Source: Selaginella moellendorffii
Lineage: Eukaryota; Plantae; Lycopodiophyta
Direction: 5' to 3'
Length of the DNA stretch: 25,634 nt
Assembly (NCBI RefSeq): GCF_000143415.4
Contig: NW_003314496.1
Span: 4,226-29,859, forward strand
Both the position numbers and the translations under genes were made by a program. The notes below the pieces were generated by a model that saw only the letters and a program-made list of their open reading frames with translations, made no database searches and was not told where the DNA came from. Below, piece after piece: positions 11,782-22,250 of this stretch (position 1 is its first letter; each line of letters begins with the position of its first letter).

Positions 11782-14700
11782 CTTTTCCTCAGTTCTAGCG
11801 AAGGATAGAGGCGGATTGCTGGGAGATGGCAAGGGCAGGGCGTAAGCGAACCCAGGCGGAGACGGAACCTCTGCCAGAGCTGGAGCCTCCGGTCGAACAA
11901 GAGGCTATGGATGAGGAATCTTTGCATGAGGAGGACTCCAGTGAGGAAACCTCCAAACAGGAGTCCGGTGGCGAGGTTTGGTCGTCCAAGGCTCGATTGG
12001 ACGTGCTAGAAGGACAGTTGGCACAGACCAATGCCCTGCTGTAAACTCTCGTACGCAAGCTAAAGCGTGACGAGAGGCGGAAGAAAAAGAAAAAGACTGC
12101 GGATGCTGGCAGCGCAGAAGGTGCGGATCTTTCGGCCGGGACTGAGGCAAAACCAGACAAGGTCGAACAGACCGAAGTGGAATCAGTCCCTCAGGCAGTT
12201 CCCAAGTACAAACCAAAGCCCCCACCGGTCTTCAAGGGAGTGAATGACTATAAGGTGGTGGAGGATTGGTTTTACGATATGGAGGACTACTTCCGAGCGT
12301 TGCGGTTACCAAGCTCGGAGAAGGTCCCATGTGCAAAACCATACTTGGCAGATAATGCCAAGTCTTGGTGGAGAACAACGGAGGCCAACGAAGGACCGGT
12401 GGTCACTTGGGACATGATGAAGGCGAGGATCCGCGCAACATATGTTCCTCCGAATGCCACTCTGCATCTGAGGGATGAACTGAGTAGGCTGAAACAGACA
12501 GGAACCATCCAGGAATATGTGAATGGGTTCATGGCAAAGAGGATACTTGTCACGGACATGGGGGATATGGATGCGTTCCATGCCTTCATATCAGGTTTGC
12601 AAACCTGGGCTCGCGGCGAGGTGATGAGGTGGAACCCGACCAACTACAAGGAAGCGTTGGATGCGGCCATCAAGGTGCATTTCAACGATAACCTGCGAAA
12701 GGGGAACACGACGGGGTCGGGATCCACATTTAGCAAAGGGGCCAAACCAAAGGGAACGTATAGCAAGGGGAAATTCAAAAGGAGTTTCTCTAAGAATGAG
12801 TCCTCGGGGTTCCGGAAAGGCAAATCCGGTGGCCAGCGAGCGAGTACTTGGGGGAGTCAAGCGAAAAAGGACAAACCCACGGATAAGAAGGTCAAGTCGT
12901 ATAGCAGTGTGGGAAACAACGTATGCTACAACTGCGGCGAAGCGGGACACTTCTCGAGGGAATGTCCCTACCCGAAGAAGGCCAGAGCCAATATGGCCAT
13001 CAAGTCGGGTGAAGTCCAAACTGAGGTATGTGATCCAGTCCCTAACTCAAAGTTACTCATTACACGAGCAACTTTGGTAGAGAGTCGTTCGCGACATCTA
13101 CTAGCCCTCCGAGGGAAGCTCGGAGGTAGCTTTGTTAAGATCCTTATTGACACGGGTGCTTCGGATAATTTTGTGGCTGCAGACATAGTCCGGCAAGCCG
13201 GACTAACGGTGCAGCGGCTAGGCGAACCAAGGACTATAGAGTTTGTTCAGGGTAGCCAAAGCACCGATGAGGTACTTCGACAAGCGAGAGTCGAAGTGGG
13301 GACATGGAAAGTGGACATGGATTTCACCGTCTTGGATATGGCGGGATTTGACGTGATCTTCGGAATGGATTGGTTTAATTGGTTCGTGGTAGCGCTGCAT
13401 GGACAAGGTAGGAACCTTGTGGTATTGGCGAATGCCCAAGGAAGAAGATCTAGGGTGGAGGCCCAGGATCTAAAGGTAGGGCAAAGCAAGGCCAAAGAGT
13501 CATGCTTGAACCTGGTGTCCACGAGAGGACAACTCACTAAAGGAACTAAGGCAGCCTTTTTGTGCTTACTCTCGGTGAAGAGTGACAAAAAGACAAGAAC
13601 GGAAGAAGTGCCTTTAGTGATCCAGCGAGTGTTGGACCAATTCCAGGATACCATGCCGGAGGAGCTACCGGCGGGGTTGCCCCCCGCACGACCGATAGAA
13701 CATAAGATTGAGCTTGTCGAGGGCGCTGAGGCGGTGGTTCGTCCCCCCTATCGTTTGAACGAAAAAGAACTCAAGGAGCTCAAGTGCCAACTAGAGGAGT
13801 TGGTGGGCAAAGGGTATGTTAGGTTGAGCAAGTCGCCGTATGGGGCGCCGGTATTATTTGTGAAAAAGAAAGATGGATCTATGCGCATGTGCATAGATTA
13901 CCGGTTGCTCAACAAGTATACCAAGAAGAACAAGTACCCGTTGCCAAGGATTGAGGACTTGTTCGATAGGTTGGGAAAGGCAAAATACTTCTCGAGGATT
14001 GACCTAAGGTCAGGATACTACCAGATCAGGGTAGCCGAGGAAGATGTCGAGAAGACAACCTGTCGAACGAGGTATGGGAGCTTTGAGTTTTTGGTGATGC
14101 CCTTTGGGCTGTGCAATGCGCCGGCAACGTTTTCGGCGTTGATGAACCACGTCTTTGTACCCTATCTGGATCACTTTGTGGTCGTCTATATTGACGACAT
14201 CCTGATCTATAGCGAGACGCTAGAGGAGCATGCCGAACACTTGGCGAAGGTGTTTGAGAAACTAAGGGAACATAAACTGTATGCTAAAGAGAGCAAATGT
14301 GACTTTGCTCAGCAAGAGGTAAAGTTTCTCGGGCATGTGGTGGGCCAGGACGGGCTCAAGGTGGACCCGGAGAAGGTCCAAGCGATCCAGGAATGGGAGC
14401 GACCATCGAATGTACATGAGTTGAGGGCGTTCTTGGGGCTATGCAACTACTATCGAAAGTTTATCAGACACTATTCGAGAGTAGCCCTGCCCTTAACGGA
14501 TCAAACGGGAAAAGGGAAGATGGTATGGACAGCGGAATGCGAGGCGGCATTCGTCCACCTCAAAGGGAAGTTGAGGAAGGCTCCGGTGTTGGCATTACTG
14601 GACTTTGGTAAGGACTTTGAGGTAGACACGGATGCTTCGGACTTTGCGTTAGGCGCAGTTTTGAAGCAAGACAACCATCCAGTAGCGTTCTTCTCGAAGA

Positions 14701-15699
14701 AGCTGGACAAGGCTCAACGGAAGTGGCCTGCCCACGAGAAGGAATTGTTTGCGGTGGTCAAGGCGCTCAAGGAGTGGCGACACTACCTTGGGAGACACTT
14801 CAAGGTTTACACGGACAATGTGGCAGCGAAACACTTCTTGTCACAACCCGACCTGAGAGGGAAACAAGGTCGGTGGGCCAATGCCTTGGCCGAGTTTGAT
14901 TGCGAGATTCTGTACAAGCCTGGGAAGAGCAACATCGTGGCAGATGCGCTAAGTCGAAAAGCGAGCTTGAGGTTGGCGATCTCCAGCGCAACAGCAACCT
15001 TCTGGGACGATGTGCGGACAGCATATGAGAACGATGGTCTAGCACAAGAAGTGTTGTTGAGGAATCTGGAGGCACGGGAAGCTCACCAGAGAGGTGAGCC
15101 GCCAACGGAAGAGAAAACGGGCTATGCGGAACGCAATGGACTCATTTATTACAAGCAAACGAGGGTGTATGTTCCAGAAGGTGGACTAAGGAAGGTAGCC
15201 TTAGAAGAGTGTCATGACGGACCTCTTGCGGGACACGGCGGAGTGCCCAAGACAATGGGCTTACTCAAGAGGAAGTACCATTGGCCAGATATGGCTAAGG
15301 ACGTCCAAGACTATGTAAAGACATGTCCAACATGTCAGCAGGTCAAAGCCGTGACTAAGGCTAGTGGGGGCTTGTTGCAAAGCATCCCAATTCCAGATCG
15401 TCCGTGGAAATGTCTCACGATGGACTTCATCACGGGACTACCCCCAAGCGAGGGGTTCGATGCGATATTCGTGGTGGTGGACCGATTTTCGAAGATGGCA
15501 CATTTCATACCCACCACAACGGAGGTGGATGCGGAAGGTGTGGCGAAACTGTTCTTCGAACAAGTGGTTCGAGTGCGGGGAAGGCCAGAGGAGATTATCT
15601 CAGATCGAGATAAGATCTTCACTAGTAGGTTCTAGAGGACCCTCCTGGAACAGTATCGCACCAAGTTGAAATTCAGCACAGCCTATCACCCACAGACAG

Positions 15700-15746
15700 G
15701 TATGGGGTATTAAGTCAAGTTTGGTGGTCCTAACACTTCTTGACAG
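15700..15746 (+). other. 47-bp GT-AG intron in the integrase catalytic core
   Basis: CAG|GTATGG...CCTAAC...TTGACAG|AC. Removal gives AYHPQTDGQTERVN and exactly 35 residues between the second D and E of DDE. Confidence 0.85.
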
Positions 15747-16164
15747 ACGGACAAACGGAAAGGGTGAATAGGCAGCTGGAGGATTATTTGCGATGCTATG
15801 TCTCGGGAGACCAGACCGATTGGGTAAGTCATTTGGGACTTGCGGAAATGTGTTATAACAACTCACCACATTCGAGTATCGGGGTGAGTCCATGGGAAGT
15901 CATCAATGGGCGAGCTATTGAAGGTCCTGTGGAACTCGGCGTGGCCGAGTATCATGGAGAGTTACCCGCAGTGGAGGCATTCACGGCGGAAAGACTCAAC
16001 ATTTGGAATCTAGTGAGGGATTCCTTGGAACGGGCTCAACAAAGGCAAACCAAGTACGCGAACCTAAAGCGCTGGGACGTAGAGTTCCAAGCTGGGGAGA
16101 AGGTGTGGCTGAACACCAAGAACCTTAGGCTACCAAGTGGGATCAGCCGAAAGTTGACCCAAAG

Positions 16165-16216
16165 GTAAAAATGCATGTATTCCTGTAAATGAATTGATCT
16201 TGAGTTCCTTAAGCAG
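16165..16216 (+). other. 52-bp GT-AG intron just before the integrase GPY/F motif
   Basis: AAG|GTAAAA...TTGAT...CCTTAAGCAG|GT, AT-rich. Removal joins KLTQ-R-FAGPYEIEARIGKVAYRL in frame. Confidence 0.85.
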
Positions 16217-16990
16217 GTTCGCGGGGCCTTACGAGATTGAGGCACGAATCGGTAAAGTGGCTTACCGACTCCAACTTCCTCGAGAGATGGGGAAGATGCA
16301 CCCAGTGTTCCATGTGAACTTACTCAAGCCGTACTTTGAGGATCCGCTTCGCAAAGACCAAGTAAGACCTTTACCTGAGGTTATCCAAGGGGAAGAGGAA
16401 TACGAAGTCGAGGCCATCCTCAATGCGCGCAAGAGCAAGCGACAAGGACGCGAGGTGAGAGAGTTCCATGTGAAGTGGAAAGGATTTCCACACTGCGAAG
16501 CAACATGGGAACCGGAGGAGAACCTAGCGAATGCGCGAGATCTAGTGGAGGAATTTCTGCAAGGCAGAACTCTATGTACTTATGCAAAGTTCAATTAAAA
16601 ATATCAATTTGCAAAGTTGAGCAAGTGGCATATGTTGGGACCCGAAGGCGCGCCAAAGGTGAGCTAATTAGCATGGGTTAGCTAGGTCGACCAGGCGTAG
16701 GGAGCTACGCCCGACTCCCTGCGGGGATGTCGAAACCATAGACGTATTCTACAGAGGTTGGGTTCGAGTCCCAACCCCCTAGTAAAGCAAGGCTGGGTTC
16801 AAGTCCCGACCCCATACTAGGGCGTGGTGAGGGGAGGAGTATAGGGACACCTATATTCCGTTGTCATGAGCTCTTGGCCGGGGAGGCTAACTTAGGCACA
16901 CCGCTAAGTGGGGGGATGCCCCCGGAGACATGGTCAACAAGTCGTAGGATAAAAAAGAGACGTTCGATGTGGGCATCGAACTTCTTCTAT

Positions 16991-17002
16991 GGGTGGTGGA
17001 GT
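16991..17002 (+). promoter_or_regulatory. Polypurine tract
   Basis: G-rich GGGTGGTGGAGT immediately before the 3' LTR TG. Confidence 0.75.
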
Positions 17003-18150
17003 TGTAAGGAACCAACTCGCCGAGGTGTCGTAGGCTAAGGGAACCCCGAAAGCATGACCAAAATGACAAAGAGTTCATCGGATGGGACCAAGTCAAAGAT
17101 CGAGTCCAAGACCGACTCTAGGACCGAGTTCGAGATAGAGTCCGGAATCGAGTCCAAGACCGACTCGGGGACCGAGTTCGAGTCCGAGTTCGAGACCGAG
17201 TTCGAGACGGAGTCCGAGATCCGAAATCGGGTCCGAGACCGAGTCCGAAGTCGAGTCCGAGGTCGGGCCCGAGATCGGGTCCGAGATCGAGTCCGCGATC
17301 GAGTCCGAGACCGAATCCGAAGTCGGATCCGAAATCGGATCCGAGATCGAGCCAGAGACTAAGTCCAAATACTAATACGGGTCAAGGGGTGAAAGCCCAA
17401 AGCGTGCGTCCCCCAGGGGGGGGGGGCTGCAGGGGGTTCCAAAAGTATAGTAGGGATAGTGAGGTCCAGGAACCAGTTTTGAAGGGACTCTCCAGTTGGG
17501 CTTCCAAACCGACTTGAGGTTGGGACTGGGACTAAGGGGCCTTGGGTGGGAGTGAGCATGGACTTGGCTGGTGCCGGAGGGGCCATCCAAGGAAGTGCTC
17601 AAGAGCAGCTCCCACTCCCGAAAGGGAAACCGATTGCGGTGCTCCCGGCTCATGTGGAGTGGTGCCCCACTTGAGTACCATGCGGCTCATTGGTCCTCGC
17701 CCTTCCTAGGGGCTTGGGCCTTCCTTCGGGATGGAAGTGGGGGGCGAGAGGTACCCATACCGGGCCATTAGGCCACGGTGTTTCGCCCCGGCGTCCCGAA
17801 GCAAGTATTGCACTCAAGACTTGGGATTTAGAGGGTCCCATGATCAAGTCTTGTGGTACCAAGGGATGTTAGGAACCTGGAAGCTTGGTGTGCTTGGCTG
17901 CTTGTGCTTGCGGGGAGTGTAGCCGAACCTTAAGTCCAGTCTAACCCGGGGAGGGGGATTGGGAGTGATTTGGGAATCCGTGGAAGGATGGCTAACACTC
18001 CGTTGCTCGTGCAGTGAGTAGTTGAAACCAAGTAGGAGCTGGTACCATAGGCGAGAACCTTGGCAAGGGAACTTAGCAAAAGCCAAGGCAGTGTTGGACG
18101 GATAGACGAGGTAAGCTGGCAAATTGGAAAGGAAAAATTTGTGGCTTACA
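17003..18150 (+). repeat. 3' LTR
   Basis: TGTAAG...CTTACA followed by the TSD CTCTC. Confidence 0.97.
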
Positions 18151-18155
18151 CTCTC

Positions 18156-19380
18156 GCTCAAGAAGCTCTCATATTCAAAGCTTGATTTTAGATCTTGATA
18201 TAGTTTATCTCTGGGAGGTATAGCATACCCAAGATAGATAAATCTTGTTTTTCTAGTTTTACAGTTTTAGAAATTTTTCTTGTATATAAAGTTAGATTTA
18301 TCTAAAATTTTCTACTATTCATCTCAAGGGAAATGCACAATAATTCAAAAATATAATAATGCAAGTGTTGGGGAAGATAAGATCATTTTTTATCATCATC
18401 ATCCTTCTATATTTAAAAGAGCAAGGGCGACATACCATTAGATTACTGATAAAAACTAAATTATTATACAGAAGAAGAAGCTAGAAATATTAAGTTCTCT
18501 ATTTTAAGTTAGAATATATCATATTGTTATATACACTATTTTCTTCATACTATACTTTCTTTATGATTTCTGAATTCTATGTTTTCAACAAATTACATAT
18601 AATAAATTCTCTATAAGTACATAGTATTTTATTTTATTTTTATAGTATTTTTATATTTGTATTTGACATCCTCCCCATTCATAGTATTTATATACATACT
18701 TTTAAGAGTAACTAATGAAAAGTTAAAATATTATATTATATATCATTATCATTATTTCTGTATATAGTTTTATATAAAGATAATGCTAATATGAATTAAG
18801 ATTATTATCTCTATGTTTCAATTATTTTTATTCAATATTATTGCATTATAACAATGTTATTGAGGAGCTGTAATAGCTGGAGCTATTCAACTCTTCTATT
18901 GAATAGAAGAGTTGAATAGCATTGAATAGAAGTTATTTTCTATCATATTTCTATATATGATCGAAATATATCATTTTCTATAGTCACTCTATTGTACCAT
19001 CTTTGTACTACAAACTTATGTTTAATTTTAATAATGTAGTATCAAATTAATCAAATACTCTTTGTTCTATAAAGGTTTCATTTTATAGAACAAAGAGTAT
19101 GTTGAAATATCTACTGAGAGATATACCATACCCAAGAGAAATAGATCTTCTTTTCTAATTTTACAAATGTTAGAAATTATGATTGTAAACAATGTTAAAT
19201 TTATCTTAATTTTGCTACTATTCATCTCCAGAGAAATGGACAATAATGCAATTAAATAATAATGCAAATTTTGGGGAATATAAGATCATTTTTTAATCAT
19301 CATTAAATTTGAATTTGAAATTTTTTATTACCTTTTTATTAAAAAATTTATTTGAATTTGATTTTTTATTGCAAGTAGAA
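18156..19380. repeat. AT-rich repeat remnants related to 3000-3270 and 4425-4636
   Basis: Shared blocks such as GCAAGTGTTGGGGAAGATAAGATCATTTTT and GTATTTGACATCCTCCCCATTCATA. Confidence 0.7.
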
Positions 19381-19994
19381 TAGCTTTGGTAGGTGTTAGT
19401 TCTGTTTAGATCATCATGCAACGATGCTGTTTCTTATTGATAAGTATTTTTGGTTTTCTTTTCTGTTTTGTATTCAAGCAAACATAGCAATAGCACAATA
19501 GAATAGAGATTCTTGTATGTGCAAGTCACTCTTTTTTTCTGTTTTACTGTTTTCTGCCTGCATGTTTCCTTTTGAATGTTTTAAGCGTTTTTAGGACTGT
19601 GATCTAGAACAACATATAGATTTTTTTGTTTTTTACCTAATACCTTTACGAGAGAGAGCAAAACACTAAATATAATCAAACACGGAAATCATTTCTATGC
19701 CCTGAGTTAATGTACAAATATCATGTACTGAATCAAACCAAGCTCATGGCTTCAAAGGTGTGTCTATAAACACGTACATACACAACAGTTGTCTTATTCC
19801 TTCAGAAATGGCTTTTTTAAAAACAGTTCATGGCTTTGTCTGTAAGAAAGTAGAGTAGGCTGCCAATGTAGAGCTCCAATCCTTGTTCTCCACCACCTCA
19901 GCTGCCATGTACTTTGCTGTTGTGATATCTCCTAAAGGTGCTGATCACCACTTTCTCGCACATGTTTAGCTTGGAAAGAATGTTGCTCATCAAC

Positions 19995-21130
19995 TCTATT
20001 GTGTGTGGAACAAGATGGAATTCGAGGACACTTGTGCATTAGCTTTAATGTTGGAGAGCATGTTCCGTGGTGGTTTAATGCAGATTTTACTAGATAGTGG
20101 GAGCGATAACAACTTTTTTTTAGCAAAGTTTGTTGAAAAGCATGACCTAGTGACACAAGGAGTTCTTCCATGCATGGTGGAAGGTGTAGCTACCCCTATG
20201 GAGCATTTCAATGCTTATGTAAAGGGGCTGAAAGTGTTGGTTGGCAAAATTACACTTATAGAGACTTTTTATTTTGTAAATACCTATTGTGTGGATTTCA
20301 TTCTTGGGATGCCATTGGTGAATATGGAGTCAAAGATAAAGTGGAGTATTAAATATGTTCCATTGGGGTTTGGTGACATTATAAATGTGTGGTTTGGAGA
20401 GGGAATTCAGCCTCGAATTGTTATGCTCTCCATGACATCTTTGAAGTAAGCTTGTCATAATAGAAAAACACTTTTGAGTTACTTTTTGTTTGTTCTAGAC
20501 CAAAGCATGTGTGGGGGAGAGGCAAGTAAGTATTTGTTTGATGCCCTGGTCTTACTTGTGAAGAAAGACTGTTCAATGTAGATGTTTTATTGACTACTAT
20601 GCCTTGAACAAAAAGACAATTAAGGATAAGATAAGCGTGTTTCATTAGAATACAATGGCGTTAAAGATGTGTGGTTTGGAGAGGGAGTTCAACTTTCAAT
20701 TGTTATGCTTTTCACTACATTTTTGAAGTGGGTTTGTTGTAATGGAAAAATATTTTTGAGTTACTTACTGTTTGTTTTTTACTTTGGGGGATCAAGGCAC
20801 GTATGGGGGAGAAGCAGTAGTATGGGATGTACTCAACGAATTTTTTAATATTTTTCCATCTAAACTTCCTCATGGGTTGCCTCCATTATAAGGTGTGGAG
20901 CATGGGATTACGTTAGAGCTAGGGACGCAGCCAATTTACCGACATCCATTTCGGTTAAGTTATGCAGAGGAGCAAGAAGTTCAACGACAGGTCAAAGAGT
21001 TACTTGAGTTTAGATTTATTCAGTAAGTCTTTGTTTGGTGCTTCAGTCTTGCTTGTGAAGAAGAAAGATGGTTCAATGTAGATATGTATTGACTACCATG
21101 CCTTGAACAAGAAGACAGTGATGGATAAAA
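19995..21130 (+). mobile_element. Decayed Ty3/gypsy fragment (aspartic protease and start of RT), internally duplicated
   Basis: ILLDSGSDNNF...DFILGMP in ORF 20003-20449. GLPP..VEHGITLELGTQPIYRHPFRLS and [21 protein letters not shown] at 20875-21120, with stops. 20385-20520 is repeated at 20665-20815. Confidence 0.8.
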
Positions 21131-21719
21131 TGTTGATGCTGCATGTGAATGATAATATACCTTCTCAATCATATGATGATGTCCCACATGCCTACTTAGA
21201 ATAGGAAAATCTTGGTAGGTATGGAGAAAGCATGGAAATAGATCAAAGGCACCATCAATTGTAAATGATTATTAAAATCTATCCCCACAAAATAAGGAAG
21301 GTCATCCTCAAGGTGATATTAAAAATATAAATGCCAACATGGCAAGTCATCAGCAAGTGATGTAGAACTTTCAAACCTATTTCAAAGCCTTTGGATCCAT
21401 AGCTCAACCTTTGAGCCTCATGAACCTCGTCAAGGTAAATCTTACTCTGCATCTTGTGGACACTATACATCAAGTATAACAACCTTTGACAGCACAGAAT
21501 CCTTATTGAAAAAATCTAGAATAACAGGCTCATTAGAAACATGATAAAAGAGCAAAGAAGGAAGAGGAGCTTGACTTGAGGCATAGTCTAGCTCCCACTT
21601 GTGTGTGTGTCCTTGTTCTATGTCTGTCTTGGGTCTAAGCTTAAGTTTCATTCCATGCTAGTTGGTGGAGTACCCATAGCCAACCAACCTGAGGCATAGT
21701 CTAGCTCCTGCTTGCAAGA

Positions 21720-21960
21720 AATAGTGTTAGCAGTAGCCATAGAACTTCCTGGGTTATGAACAACCTCGAAATCATAATCTAAAACTTTAAATCCCACTAA
21801 GCAATACCAACTAAGTTCTTTCGCTCCAATAACAAAGTAACCGCAGCATGATCACCTTTTAGTAACATCCGAGAACCATGCAAATATGCATAAAGGTTCT
21901 CAAAACCCCAAATTATTGCTAAACACTCTTCTGTTGCGGAGTAGTTCACCTTTGACAAAT
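21720..21960 (-). mobile_element. Decayed Ty3/gypsy RNase H fragment
   Basis: NYSATEECLAIIWGFENLYAYLHG...GDHAA then YDFEVVHNPGSS.ATANTIS, resembling the NYS.TE.E.LA..W...YL.G...TDH motif. Confidence 0.75.
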
Positions 21961-22250
21961 TTATGGTTCTCAAGTTCTTTACTCGAAAGTGTGTGAATAT
22001 GCAGTACTTTTTATGCAAGGTGTTATGATCCGGAGCAAAAAGACAACGATCTAGTCTCCCTAGAGTACGCTAAACCACCTCTTGAAGTTTCTCACCACCC
22101 AACCACCCTTGAGCTACCTTAAAAGTTCCATTACATCACTGCTCTACTATGAGCCCTAAGGTTGGTTAAGTTCCTTACCATAACATGCTTTAATATACCC
22201 TTTAGCTTCCCTTTGACTGACATTGACCACATGGTCAAATTTGGCACCTA

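Larger units (their letters stand above)
11826..16598 (+). pseudogene. Gag-Pol polyprotein (Gag, CCHC knuckle, aspartic protease, RT, RNase H, integrase, chromodomain); exons 11826-15699, 15747-16164, 16217-16598; two nonsense codons
   Basis: ATG 11826 is in frame with the 1152-aa ORF across TAA at 12042. Motifs: [30 protein letters not shown]..., H-H-CxxC, MDF/ISD/GQTE, GPY and the chromodomain EYEVEAIL...KWKGF...TWEP. TAG at 15633 replaces the conserved W of FTSRFW. Confidence 0.93.
10619..18150 (+). mobile_element. Full-length Ty3/gypsy LTR retrotransposon, chromovirus (7532 bp)
   Basis: Two 1148-bp LTRs bounded by TGTAAG...CTTACA. 5-bp TSD CTCTC at 10614-10618 and 18151-18155. PBS and PPT present. 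Domain order Gag-PR-RT-RNaseH-IN-chromodomain. Confidence 0.98.

Noticed and set aside
10670-11927. Many short ORFs within the LTRs (also 17054-18161)
   Set aside because: They are by-products of hexamer repeats and high GC, open in several frames with no domain signal.
12041-12059. Intron removing the TAA in gag
   Set aside because: The nearest GT...AG is only 19 nt, and the flanking sequence is coding-like in the same frame; a point mutation is simpler.
12287-15622. Antisense ORFs over gag-pol
   Set aside because: Shadow ORFs of a long coding frame with no independent motifs.
15633-16220. Programmed ribosomal frameshifts or sequencing errors as the cause of integrase frame changes
   Set aside because: 47 and 52 extra bases must be removed to restore the conserved motifs, which a 1-nt shift cannot do.
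16710-16740. Hammerhead ribozyme (stem followed by CGAAAC)
   Set aside because: The required CUGANGA core is absent upstream of the stem.
16740-16815. tRNA gene
   Set aside because: Only T-arm-like hairpins are present; I could not build a D-arm, anticodon arm and acceptor stem.
19740-19995. Coding-like minus-strand segment (…KYMAAEVVENKDWSSTLAAYS…)
   Set aside because: Short, interrupted and not assignable to any family by eye.
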